IMG/VR virus record: IMGVR_UViG_3300007276_000061
Coordinates: 1 to 54,641 of that record
Source: a virus
Taxonomy: Duplodnaviria; Caudoviricetes
Length of the DNA stretch: 54,641 nucleotides
Direction: 5' to 3' (one strand)
Shown: positions 17,251-25,442 of the stretch, in pieces
Layout of the letters: each line of letters opens with the position of its first letter
How positions within the stretch are numbered: the stretch's first letter is position 1
Notes under the pieces: generated by a model
Seen by the model: only the letters and a program-made list of their open reading frames with translations
Told to the model about the DNA's origin: nothing
The model's database searches: none
Position numbers and translations under genes: made by a program

Positions 17251-17334
17251 TGGTGGGCAGTACAGGGTTCGAACCTGTCATGCTTACGCGGCGGATTTAC
17301 AGTCCGCTGTCCGTCCACTCGGAACATACTACCC
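17251..17334 (-). tRNA. tRNA-Tyr(GTA)
   Basis: Loop CTGTAAA, variable arm, CCA. Confidence 0.92.
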
Positions 17335-17514
17335 GTATTGTGGAATTGGATGAAACTTGAAGCCTTTACGCTTTCTCATTTCTTTGTGAAGATAATCATA
17401 CATCTTAATGCGCTCCTCTTGTGTACAGCGAGGCATTGAAATATAACTGCGTGAGCGTTGTCCTGGATGAATTTCGTAAGAAAACGCAACTCTAAATGAA
17501 CTCGGCTCTAGCAT
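17329..17514 (-). CDS. Hypothetical protein
   Basis: RBS AGGA; last 6 nt overlap tRNA-Tyr. Confidence 0.45.
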   Translation of the reverse strand: MLEPSSFRVAFSYEIHPGQRSRSYISMPRCTQEERIKMYDYLHKEMRKRKGFKFHPIPQYG

Positions 17515-17534
17515 TTTTTATCCTATAAGTTAAT

Positions 17535-17626
17535 TGGTAGGGACAGTGGGATTCGAACCCACAATGTGAACTTATCAGTAACAGATTTTAAGTCTGCCGC
17601 GTTTCAACCAGTTTCGCCATGCCCCC
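17535..17626 (-). tRNA. tRNA-Leu(TAA)
   Basis: Loop CTTAAAA, long variable arm, A73, CCA. Confidence 0.92.
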
Positions 17627-18298
17627 AAACTCTTCCGGCAATTTATTTCCTTTACTAAGGTTTGCTTCTGCCGTTAAATATTGTAAGTTATCTAATACAT
17701 GTAATCCGCATACATTCTCTCCCTGTAAAGGATAATAGTGGTCTACATGGTGTCCTTTAGGACAATCTTCATAGAATTTTAGTATAGCTAGTTCGTCAGA
17801 CCACTGCACGGTTCGCTTCAATAATAGCGCTCTACGTTTAGCATTTCTAGCGTTGAAACTAGCTCTATTGTCTATTAAATATTGTTCATGGTAATTCTTA
17901 TTTTTAGCGTACCAATCTTTATTACTTATTTGTCTACATGCTTTACACTGGTGGTAATAATTATCAGCAGACGAACGATCCTGTGAAAAGCTATTCTTTA
18001 GCAGAAAGCTTTTGCATGAAGAGCATTTTTTATAGTCTGATTGCTTTATAAACCAGTGCTCCCAGCTTTCACCACCACCAGTCAAAGAAATATTTGGAAA
18101 AAGCTTCTTTATGTTTCCTATAAATGTCTTTTCTGACCGCCCTAATAAATTCATCGCTTTAGGGCTTGAATGTGCGATAAACAAAGCATCTAAAAGTTCG
18201 TCTATAGTTATTGCCGGTTTATTCCCCCATTTTTTAGCAAAAATAGTTTCTGGCGTTAAACCTAAATTTTTATATATGCTTTTCTTAACTTCAATCAT
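17588..18298 (-). CDS. HNH homing endonuclease
   Basis: CSSC...CKAC; HVDHYYPL...GLHVLDNLQYL...NLSKGN; own promoter 18304-18332. Confidence 0.85.
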   Translation of the reverse strand: MIEVKKSIYKNLGLTPETIFAKKWGNKPAITIDELLDALFIAHSSPKAMNLLGRSEKTFIGNIKKLFPNISLTGGGESWEHWFIKQSDYKKCSSCKSFLLKNSFSQDRSSADNYYHQCKACRQISNKDWYAKNKNYHEQYLIDNRASFNARNAKRRALLLKRTVQWSDELAILKFYEDCPKGHHVDHYYPLQGENVCGLHVLDNLQYLTAEANLSKGNKLPEEFGGMAKLVETRQT

Positions 18299-18343
18299 CC
18301 AATATTATAACAAATTGGAGGACACAAGTCAAGAACTATTTAT

Positions 18344-18421
18344 TGGTAGCCCTACTCGGACTCGAACCGAGATAACTTCCGGACCTAAACCGGACGACTT
18401 TGCCAATTTGCCCATAGGGCC
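18344..18421 (-). tRNA. tRNA-Leu(TAG), short variable loop
   Basis: Loop TTTAGGT, A73, CCA. Confidence 0.88.
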
Positions 18422-18638
18422 ACTAATAAATAGCTCTTTTCATCATTTAAGTATTATATGCCATCTAAGCTTCAAAGTCAAGAACTAAAAACAACAAAGC
18501 CCCTTAACAGAGTCAAGGGGCTTTTGTCAACGACAAAATGTTACGGTTTTAACTAATATTTAGTTAAAACCGTGCCCTTTAGACAAGCATTATTACCCTC
18601 TACGAGGTTATAATTTTCAGTGCTGGCTAATAGATGGA

Positions 18639-18956
18639 TCATAATTTAATCAATGGAAGTCCTTTAAAGACTTCTCTCTGACTACGTTCAGTAATTGGGA
18701 ACGTAGCAATTGCTGTAATTTCGTTGTAGAAACCTTCGTGGTACTCAACGTATTCAATATCGTTAATATGCAGTAAATGTTTTACTGCTTCTAGCGTCTC
18801 CAAGTTGCTTACTGCAAGGTTGCAGAAGTGAAGCTGATTAGCTTCTCTCGGAGTTAATTTATTACCAAGTTCTAGAGCTACATGTGCCGTCTGCACTAAT
18901 TGCTGCGACTTGCTTATGTCAGTTCTAGTAACAAAGTAGGCATATTTCTTTGCCAT
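18639..18956 (-). CDS. Peptidyl-tRNA hydrolase 2 (PTH2)-like protein
   Basis: YFVTRTDI...VQTAHVA...E....EITAIA..P...KGLPL. Confidence 0.65.
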   Translation of the reverse strand: MAKKYAYFVTRTDISKSQQLVQTAHVALELGNKLTPREANQLHFCNLAVSNLETLEAVKHLLHINDIEYVEYHEGFYNEITAIATFPITERSQREVFKGLPLIKL

Positions 18957-18973
18957 TGTAATTCTTTCAAAAA

Positions 18974-19047
18974 TGGTGCGGGTATCGACGGCAGGGGATA
19001 CCCCGATCGTCGCTTGAGCACCCTACTATCACATAGGATACCCGCAC
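18974..19047 (-). ncRNA. tRNA-sized CCA-ended RNA without D/T consensus
   Basis: GTGCGGGTATC/GATACCCGCAC stem ending ...GCACCA; two internal hairpins. Confidence 0.55.
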
Positions 19048-19103
19048 ATATTTGGACGATGAGGGGCTTGCTTATGCAAGGCGTGTCTCAAAGCCACTAA
19101 TAT

Positions 19104-19162
19104 TGGTTGGGTGCTATGCTGTTTCTCAGCGATAGTTAAATTAACCTCTGTGGGACACTCCA
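19104..19162 (-). ncRNA. Possible CCA-ended mini RNA
   Basis: TGGAGTGT/GCACCCA-ACCA; internal GCTG-AGAAA-CAGC hairpin. Confidence 0.3.
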
Positions 19163-19166
19163 TAAA

Positions 19167-19245
19167 TGGTCTCGGAGGTGAGATTCGAACTCACGACTTC
19201 TCGGTCCCAAACCGAGCGACTTAGACCAGACTAGCCCACACCGAG
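19167..19245 (-). tRNA. tRNA-Pro(TGG)
   Basis: C1:G72, A73, loop TTTGGGA, CCA. Confidence 0.93.
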
Positions 19246-19256
19246 ATTATTTGAAT

Positions 19257-19335
19257 TGGTCGAGCGGGGTGGACTACTTATTACCACCACTGTGATCACT
19301 TATCATGGCGTCTCTTAAGATTGGACTACCGCTCG
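19257..19335 (-). ncRNA. Degenerate tRNA-like RNA with Pro-type acceptor
   Basis: CGAGCGG/CCGCTCG-A-CCA; T stem GGTGG/CCACC with 11-nt loop; no canonical anticodon loop. Confidence 0.55.
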
Positions 19336-19341
19336 ATGAAT

Positions 19342-19428
19342 TGGCCGGAACAAAACTGCGGGCGACTTAAATAAAGATTAGTCACCTCAACTTTCATGTG
19401 TTTTGCGCCCGAATGAAAAGTTCCAGCC
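19342..19428 (-). ncRNA. Pseudoknotted RNA
   Basis: GGCTGGAAC/GTTCCGGCC outer stem, TTTCAT/ATGAAA inner stem, CGGGCG/CGCCCG pseudoknot. Confidence 0.5.
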
Positions 19429-19434
19429 AAACTT

Positions 19435-19510
19435 TGGAGCGCGGAGCGGGATTTGAACCCGCAACCCTGGGATTAAAAGGCCCGTACTCTACCTATTGAG
19501 CTACCCGCGC
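19435..19510 (-). tRNA. tRNA-Lys(TTT)
   Basis: Loop CTTTTAA, CCA. Confidence 0.92.
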
Positions 19511-19808
19511 ATTTTGTTAGTTTTTCTTAGAAATCATTGCTTCGAGACGGGCAACTGCCCAATTCCAGCCCGCAACGATTTGATTTTTAACAAGGTATCC
19601 GAAGAACGTACCGGCTAGAAAGCCGAAGATAAAGCTAAGCATATTTGAAATCCACGTCTGCTCTCATAAGAGCCTGTGCCATATTCATGGCTTCATAGTT
19701 TGAAAAGTGTTTGGGAATGTAGAAGATCATCCTAGTCCGCTATCGCCTTCTTTTCTCATTTGATTATCCATCATACGCCGGTTCAGGACCAAAGTCAAGA
19801 ACTAAATT

Positions 19809-19896
19809 TGGAGGACGTGGTCGGGTTCGAACCGACAAGTTCCGTTAGGAAAGCAGATTAAGAGTCTGGTGGGCCAACCAATTGCCCAACACGTCC
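19809..19896 (-). tRNA. tRNA-Lys(CTT) with long variable arm
   Basis: Loop CTCTTAA; extra TTCC-TAAC-GGAA arm; 88 nt; CCA. Confidence 0.85.
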
Positions 19897-19897
19897 A

Positions 19898-20125
19898 TTA
19901 TTCGTAGTCTTCATCTTCAATTTCAATGCTATCAATGCAAGAACTGAGATAAGAAATGTGGTTTACAACTTCATTGACTTCATGAAATAGATCATTCCAT
20001 TCATCGGAGTCTTCATGATTTTCTGGATCGGCACGTTCTAGAGCATCTAGCTCTTGATACATACTTTCCAGGTCACTTTCCGCATCATTGCGGTCATCAA
20101 TAAGTCTTCGAAGTTCATCTTCCAC
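19898..20125 (-). CDS. Acidic hypothetical protein
   Basis: ORF directly after a promoter, fills gap between tRNAs. Confidence 0.55.
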   Translation of the reverse strand: MEDELRRLIDDRNDAESDLESMYQELDALERADPENHEDSDEWNDLFHEVNEVVNHISYLSSCIDSIEIEDEDYE

Positions 20126-20175
20126 AATGTATGATAGCCTTTTCAGCTTAAGAAGTCAAGAAAGATTTAAAGAAT

Positions 20176-20246
20176 TGGTCGTATAAGGTAGGATCGAACT
20201 ACCCAAGCCGAAGTTATGAGCCTCAGCTGCGCCCAGCGCTTATACG
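20176..20246 (-). tRNA. tRNA(CAT), Met or Ile2, atypical
   Basis: D arm GCGC-TGG-GCGC joined directly to acceptor; 7-bp anticodon stem; CCA. Confidence 0.75.
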
Positions 20247-20247
20247 A

Positions 20248-20583
20248 TTAATATCTACGTCCGAACTCACGATAGAATTGTCTATGCTGATCACGATTAG
20301 CACATACCATACGGTTTGTGTAAGGATCGCGCACTACAATATCGTAGCCTCGGCAACGCCCGCGCCAATAGGTCGGTTGTTGTGAATAAAATCTACGCTC
20401 TCGACGTTCATAGTCACGTCGATCGTAGCGGTGATGATCTCGTCTATCGTAACGAGGATGATCTCGACGCTGTTCGTAGCGGTGATCTTGCGTTCCGATT
20501 GTCACTGAAAGTGACTGAGCTTGTACTGGAGTGCTACTGATTAGAAGTAGGGATGCCATTGTGGCAATTGCTAGTTTCTTCAT
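20248..20583 (-). CDS. Secreted protein with RYDRRD repeats
   Basis: Signal peptide ending VQA; Arg/Asp-rich repeats; two Cys; RBS AAGGAG. Confidence 0.7.
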   Translation of the reverse strand: MKKLAIATMASLLLISSTPVQAQSLSVTIGTQDHRYEQRRDHPRYDRRDHHRYDRRDYERRERRFYSQQPTYWRGRCRGYDIVVRDPYTNRMVCANRDQHRQFYREFGRRY

Positions 20584-20600
20584 AATATCTCCTTAAATTA

Positions 20601-20686
20601 TGGCGGTTGATGAAGTAATCGAAACCTCAAGACTCTCACCTTGGCAGGGATTTCAAGTCCCCTTTGACACCTTGCCGCCATCAACC
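20601..20686 (-). tRNA. tRNA-Ser(TGA)
   Basis: Loop CTTGAAA, variable arm, G73, CCA. Confidence 0.88.
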
Positions 20687-20691
20687 GTAAG

Positions 20692-20767
20692 TGGTGCAAC
20701 CCGTCGGGATCGAACCGACATCCTGGGCTTTTCAGACCCGTGCGTGAACCATCATTGCTAGAGTTGC
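20692..20767 (-). tRNA. tRNA-Phe(GAA)
   Basis: Loop CTGAAAA, CCA. Confidence 0.92.
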
Positions 20768-20926
20768 GTTATCTGTAATTATTGAGTTTAAAGCTTCTAC
20801 CCATTTGATAGCCTTTTTGCCAAGCACAATTTGAGCTTTTAAAAATACCTTCACCTTTTAGGCCTGCTTCATACCCTAATTCTAATTGAGTTTTAGGTTT
20901 TATAAACATATATTTACTTTATAGTT

Positions 20927-21011
20927 TGGATGCGGAGGTAGGACTCGAACCTACAGGTATCTTTCGAAACTGGTACCAAAAACCAGCGCCTTACCATTAG
21001 ACTACTCCGCA
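20927..21011 (-). tRNA. tRNA-Gln(TTG) with enlarged variable region
   Basis: U1:A72, loop TTTTGGT, about 15-nt variable region, CCA. Confidence 0.88.
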
Positions 21012-21018
21012 AAACTTG

Positions 21019-21093
21019 TGGTGCGCCGAGCCGGACTCGAACCGACAATCCGGTCATTATGAGTGACAAGCTTTACCATTAAGCTATCAGCGC
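21019..21093 (-). tRNA. tRNA(CAT), elongator Met or Ile2
   Basis: Loop CTCATAA, CCA. Confidence 0.9.
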
Positions 21094-21100
21094 AAAATAT

Positions 21101-21174
21101 TGGTAGCAGATACAAGAATCGAACTTGTGATGGGCGATTATCAGTCGCACGTTATACCATTTAACTAATCTGCC
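21101..21174 (-). tRNA. tRNA-Ile(GAT)
   Basis: Loop CTGATAA, CCA. Confidence 0.92.
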
Positions 21175-21186
21175 ATAAGAACTTAA

Positions 21187-21259
21187 TGGTACCCCTAGTC
21201 GGAATCGAACCGACCGCGACAACCGTGTAAAAGTCGTCTGCTATCCCAGAGCCAGAGGC
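21187..21259 (-). tRNA. tRNA-Val(TAC), atypical D arm
   Basis: Loop TTTACAC, 7-bp anticodon stem, CCA. Confidence 0.82.
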
Positions 21260-21481
21260 ACAATGAAGTGCTTACGTGATGAGAAAGATCAATAGTTCTT
21301 CGGATCGCGCTTAAGCGGTTTTCGGAAGGCTAACTTTCTCATCACTTTAAGTATTATAAATGATTCGGAAGGCAAAGTCAAGAACTATTTTAAGGCTCTC
21401 GAACACTCGCGAAGCGGCTTTGCTTTCCGTCTCACTATTTATATAGTATATGCGATCCGAGGATCAAAGTCAAGAACTTTT

Positions 21482-21841
21482 TTACAATAGCTTGATAAGA
21501 TCATTTGATCTATCGAGCAACTTGTAGTCAATAGTAACAGGCTCAAACACTTCAATGTGGTTTAGCACTGTTTTTATATTGAACGGAGCACAGGAATACA
21601 CATCCAACTGAAGCAGCCCATCTGTCCATAAGTGCAGACAAATATGACTAGTTTCAATTACTGCCATAACTGTAGTACCCTCATTGCCCTCCATATTGCA
21701 GTATTTTGCGTATGGACCAATAAATACTTTCATATCTATTGCATTTATAAGATCTAGCATCCACCATTCTAGGAAGCTTTCGTCTTTAATAGGGTTCTTG
21801 ATCGTAGCGCGAATAATTACGTGATCATGATGCTTGATTAT
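21482..21841 (-). CDS. S-adenosylmethionine decarboxylase proenzyme-like protein
   Basis: GTTVMAVIETSHICLHLW...QLDVYSC; start uncertain (ATA at 21841 or ATG at 21760). Confidence 0.75.
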   Translation of the reverse strand: MIKHHDHVIIRATIKNPIKDESFLEWWMLDLINAIDMKVFIGPYAKYCNMEGNEGTTVMAVIETSHICLHLWTDGLLQLDVYSCAPFNIKTVLNHIEVFEPVTIDYKLLDRSNDLIKLL

Positions 21842-22515
21842 TGAACTGCCCTCTCTACATCGACACCATATTCTTTCAGGTGTGCGAGGCTGCCCAGCTC
21901 ATAAGCTGGTTGTGAAGCGTAATACCCCGGCTGCCCCCAACTTGATAGGTACAGTTTGTCTGGAGCTTCGAAAGGTTCGAGAACGTAAACACGATAAAGT
22001 TTTGACGCCTTATCCTTTGTTTCACCCAAGTCTCGATCAATAATGCATACCGATTGGAACCTTGCGGACCAAGCTAGGTCATTGACTTTAAACTCGTCTG
22101 TGATACATTGGTCAGGAAGCGGAGAATACTCAAAGTAGTTTTCACCGACGCCGCGCTGTGGAACTCCCACAGTTTCAATAATGTTCCGTACGAACGTTGT
22201 TGACCGATAGAGACCCTCAGCAATCTCTGAAACAGAAATACCTTTAAGGTAATCTAGAACAGTGCTGCGAATTTCTTCGGGCGATGCCGGCTTACCACGA
22301 TTGGCAGCCCTACGCTTTTGATCAAGAGCCAAACGACTCTTGTAACCCTCAATGATATTATTCAATCGAGTAGTATTATATGCAATGTTAAGGACTTCGC
22401 AAGCTTCCTTTTTAGTAATAGGTTTTGCTTGCTCTAGAAGCTTTACTACACGCTCGATATTTGCATCAGTCAGGTTCTCACCTGCTTTTGCTTTAACACG
22501 CTTAGCTAACGCCAC
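21838..22515 (-). CDS. T5 D2-like HTH DNA-binding protein
   Basis: ITKKEACEVLNIAYNTTRL; second HTH SVSEIAEGLYRS; RBS GGAGG. Confidence 0.6.
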   Translation of the reverse strand: MALAKRVKAKAGENLTDANIERVVKLLEQAKPITKKEACEVLNIAYNTTRLNNIIEGYKSRLALDQKRRAANRGKPASPEEIRSTVLDYLKGISVSEIAEGLYRSTTFVRNIIETVGVPQRGVGENYFEYSPLPDQCITDEFKVNDLAWSARFQSVCIIDRDLGETKDKASKLYRVYVLEPFEAPDKLYLSSWGQPGYYASQPAYELGSLAHLKEYGVDVERAVQ

Positions 22516-22584
22516 TTAATCCTCCATTGATCTTGAATACATATTCTATAAACTTTGGGATCAAAAGTCAAGTACTTTTTTAGG

Positions 22585-22878
22585 CTATCCTCCGAAAACA
22601 CTACTTGTATCGTTAATCCAATTCTTTTCCTTAAGAAGATGCCAAACCAGTTGAGTGCTATCAACTACAGTGGAGACATGCTCCCATTCGCATTCATAGT
22701 CCCAACCCGTCCCAACAATTAGAAGGGCCATTTCTCGGTTTTTCTTATCTTCCTTATCAAGTTCAGCCCAGACGTACAATCCATGACCTTGCTGATCAAA
22801 GTGTACGACTTTTCTAATATTCTCAATACGGATAACCTCATGAGGTTGAAATGGGCCAAATTTATAGATTACTCGCAT
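22585..22878 (-). CDS. Hypothetical phage protein
   Basis: Start overlaps thyX end; VWAE...IVGTG...LVWHL. Confidence 0.6.
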   Translation of the reverse strand: MRVIYKFGPFQPHEVIRIENIRKVVHFDQQGHGLYVWAELDKEDKKNREMALLIVGTGWDYECEWEHVSTVVDSTQLVWHLLKEKNWINDTSSVFGG

Positions 22879-23522
22879 TCTAGTGCTTTCATAATGTTAG
22901 GGAAATGTTCTCGCATAACTTCACCTGCTGCAACCGCAACTTCTTGATGTTCTAGTTGGGTCCCATTAGCAGAGCGTAAGTCGATATAATGAATCCAACT
23001 ACGAAGAGTACCAGCCATATACATGTTCGTAACGGTGAGCCCTTCAGGCAATACTGCGCGAGCTTGTTCCTTAGCGATTCCATTTGCTAGCGCCCATTCG
23101 TATGCCTCTTTTGCTTCTGTCAATACATTTAGTTGTTTAGCTTCCCAAACACCTTTTAGGTTATCGCTAGCAGTATTTAAACTGTTTTGGCGGTTTTTAG
23201 GATCCTGCATGCGGGCATCACGAGTAATAAAGTTCGTAGACACAGCATAGCGCTGACTAAATTCTTGGAAACTAAAGCTACGGTGACGCAGAATCTGTCT
23301 ACCAATATCACGCGTAGTCTCAATCTCTAGTGTCATGCTCACCATTTCGAACGGTGACCAATGTTGATTGCGAATAAGATAACGAATCAGCTTATCTGCT
23401 GTTTCATTATTTACTTGATTCTCAGGATTGCTAACACGAGCACAATATGCAATAAATTGCTCGGCTGTTTCAATGCCTTCAATGTCGATTGGGTATGTGA
23501 TACCCTTTAATTCTACTTTCAA
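22869..23522 (-). CDS. thyX: FAD-dependent thymidylate synthase
   Basis: HWSPFE, RHRSFSFQEFSQRY, EQARAVLP; probable TTG start coupled to upstream stop. Confidence 0.93.
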   Translation of the reverse strand: MKVELKGITYPIDIEGIETAEQFIAYCARVSNPENQVNNETADKLIRYLIRNQHWSPFEMVSMTLEIETTRDIGRQILRHRSFSFQEFSQRYAVSTNFITRDARMQDPKNRQNSLNTASDNLKGVWEAKQLNVLTEAKEAYEWALANGIAKEQARAVLPEGLTVTNMYMAGTLRSWIHYIDLRSANGTQLEHQEVAVAAGEVMREHFPNIMKALECE

Positions 23523-24064
23523 AACCACTCCGGTTGTTGTCGACGTTTCCATGTAGCAATATCAGCTTTATCATTTTTATAATAAGTGCGATAAGCTGTC
23601 ACAACATCGTCTGATTTATACTCGTCAGGCATAGCCTGTGCGAATGGCGTTAAGCCAATAGACTTGAGCCTGAAAGGCTCGGGCATGCGGTTAACTTCGA
23701 TACAACTAGCGTGAGGCTTGTTACCTCGCCACTGTGATTCTTCATTAAGCGCGTTTACATAAACTTGAGTCCACTCGAAGTTATCAAAGCTCTGACGCAT
23801 CCAAATTGTACATGGATGGTTAATGTGTGCGGCTTTGTAACGAAGGAAGTCACGTTCATCAATAGGTGGAAGTTCAGCCATTGCTTCTTTAACAACAGCT
23901 AATTCAGCTTTCTCTAAACCTCTCGGAATATATCCTAGAAGCTTATCAATCCATACCGTAGTTGCAAGCATCTGTGCAGCCTCTAGCTGCATCTTACCAA
24001 CATGTTTGTCGATATGATATTCAGCATTACGGTCTAGATCGTAGTCTAGAATAAATAAATTCAT
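23519..24064 (-). CDS. Pyrimidine-dimer DNA glycosylase/endonuclease V-like protein
   Basis: MNLFILD...DKHVGKMQLEAAQML...NHPCTIW...QAMPDEYK..AYRTYY. Confidence 0.75.
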   Translation of the reverse strand: MNLFILDYDLDRNAEYHIDKHVGKMQLEAAQMLATTVWIDKLLGYIPRGLEKAELAVVKEAMAELPPIDERDFLRYKAAHINHPCTIWMRQSFDNFEWTQVYVNALNEESQWRGNKPHASCIEVNRMPEPFRLKSIGLTPFAQAMPDEYKSDDVVTAYRTYYKNDKADIATWKRRQQPEWF

Positions 24065-24252
24065 TTAGGCATCCAGAATCTGCCTGAAGATCCGCAATCA
24101 CTCATATACTTACTTTCACGTTGATCATTACAACGTTTGATAGGTCCAGTTCTTTTAGTTCCTCCATTGACAAGATCAGGAATAGCTATCGTATTAGCTA
24201 GACATCTAGCTAACGGAGCGATGAACTTACAATCTTTACATAATTTTGTCAT
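24061..24252 (-). CDS. Small Cys-rich protein
   Basis: CKDC...C...C...CG. Confidence 0.55.
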   Translation of the reverse strand: MTKLCKDCKFIAPLARCLANTIAIPDLVNGGTKRTGPIKRCNDQRESKYMSDCGSSGRFWMPK

Positions 24253-24352
24253 GTTTTATGATAGCAATCTTTCAGGTAAAAGTCAAGAAAGAAATAGACT
24301 TGCGCACATGGTACACAAGCCTATTTTATGGTGTGGTCGGCGCATGAAGCGT

Positions 24353-24832
24353 TTACCAATACGCGTGGGCTCCTATAACGCGGTATCCTCTACCGCCACC
24401 CAATCGTGCAACTCTAAAGTTTCGTGCTCCTCCAGTGGGGTCTGCGACCTCTTCAGCCATTACTTGGCGAGAGATACGCACCGCTCTATTCCACGCTGCC
24501 ATTTCGTGCGGAATTAAACTGGAGACGGACCGGACAGTCCAGGTAAATTGTCCTGGCGCCCAAATAGTACGGCAGTAAGAATGGCCACTCCGGGCTACTC
24601 TATTTTTTGTGACCCATGCAACACCTATTTGGTCTTGTCTTGTTGAGCCTCTTGCTTCGTGATATACATTGAGAGCTAAACAAAGTGCCTGTCGCCTCTC
24701 TGGATGTTCTAGTAAGTATTCTGTATACCTGGTTATATTTACTCTATCTAATAAGGAATTAACTGGTGCTGCTTGCGTAGGAGTACTACACATAAATAAC
24801 GCAGCTACTATTCCTAGTAGCCATTTTCTCAT
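24353..24832 (-). CDS. SleB-like cell wall hydrolase (Hydrolase_2) with signal peptide
   Basis: CLALNVYHEARG, VTKNRV, GQFTW, DPTGGA, IGAH. Confidence 0.88.
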   Translation of the reverse strand: MRKWLLGIVAALFMCSTPTQAAPVNSLLDRVNITRYTEYLLEHPERRQALCLALNVYHEARGSTRQDQIGVAWVTKNRVARSGHSYCRTIWAPGQFTWTVRSVSSLIPHEMAAWNRAVRISRQVMAEEVADPTGGARNFRVARLGGGRGYRVIGAHAYW

Positions 24833-24859
24833 ATTTTCTCCAAAGAAAAAGAGGAGCTG

Positions 24860-25297
24860 TTAAGCCCCTCTCTCTTGCTTGATCCGGTCTTCTACTAACT
24901 TAGCGTAACCTTGAATGTCATGCCAGTTATCATCGTAGTATGGATCACCATTTAGGATACGAGCCATTTTATCTGCAATAACAGATAATGCTTGTCTCAT
25001 ATCAGGATCGAGCTTATCCCAATTGGGAGCCGATCTTAAGACGTCTTGTACGCCTTGTGCAATTTTCGCATGATCTTTAAACTGACCATAGCGTCCACCA
25101 CGTTGTGCTAGTGTAGCGGAAATATCATCTTGAACTTCTGGTTCAATAATTTTAGTTATATTTTTATTAGAGTTTAGAATATCCCTAATATTTGCGTTTC
25201 TTTTATCTAACGTTATTTCTGAAGGAGCTCTTGATGAGAAATAAGTTTCAGAAACGCCGTCAGGATAGTCCCAATCAATTTCAATTTGTTCCGACAA
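24860..25297 (-). CDS. DUF6378-like protein
   Basis: RGGRYG.F...KMARILNGDP..DNWHDIQGYA. Confidence 0.7.
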   Translation of the reverse strand: MSEQIEIDWDYPDGVSETYFSSRAPSEITLDKRNANIRDILNSNKNITKIIEPEVQDDISATLAQRGGRYGQFKDHAKIAQGVQDVLRSAPNWDKLDPDMRQALSVIADKMARILNGDPYYDDNWHDIQGYAKLVEDRIKQERGA

Positions 25298-25442
25298 TTG
25301 GTTTAGGTCTCACTGCTGGCACCATAAGCTCTGCTGGAGCTTTAGGGTATGGTGCGATTGTAGGATCTGGTAGCTTAGGAGTGCTACCACACGATGCTAG
25401 CAAAATACTAGCGGTTGTTAGTAGGATTGCTAGTCGCTTCAA
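25281..25442 (-). CDS. Outer-membrane spanin (lipoprotein)
   Basis: TTG start, lipobox LASC, Pro-rich mature part, overlaps i-spanin end. Confidence 0.7.
   Translation of the reverse strand: MKRLAILLTTASILLASCGSTPKLPDPTIAPYPKAPAELMVPAVRPKPIVGTN

Noticed and set aside
18543-18573. Near-perfect palindrome ACGGTTTTAACTAA/TTAGTTAAAACCGT
   Set aside because: Real but isolated next to a terminator-like hairpin; no evidence for a specific role
17535-20686. Suppressor tRNAs or stop-codon recoding
   Set aside because: Anticodons TAA, TAG and TGA read UUA, CUA and UCA; genes end normally at all three stop codons
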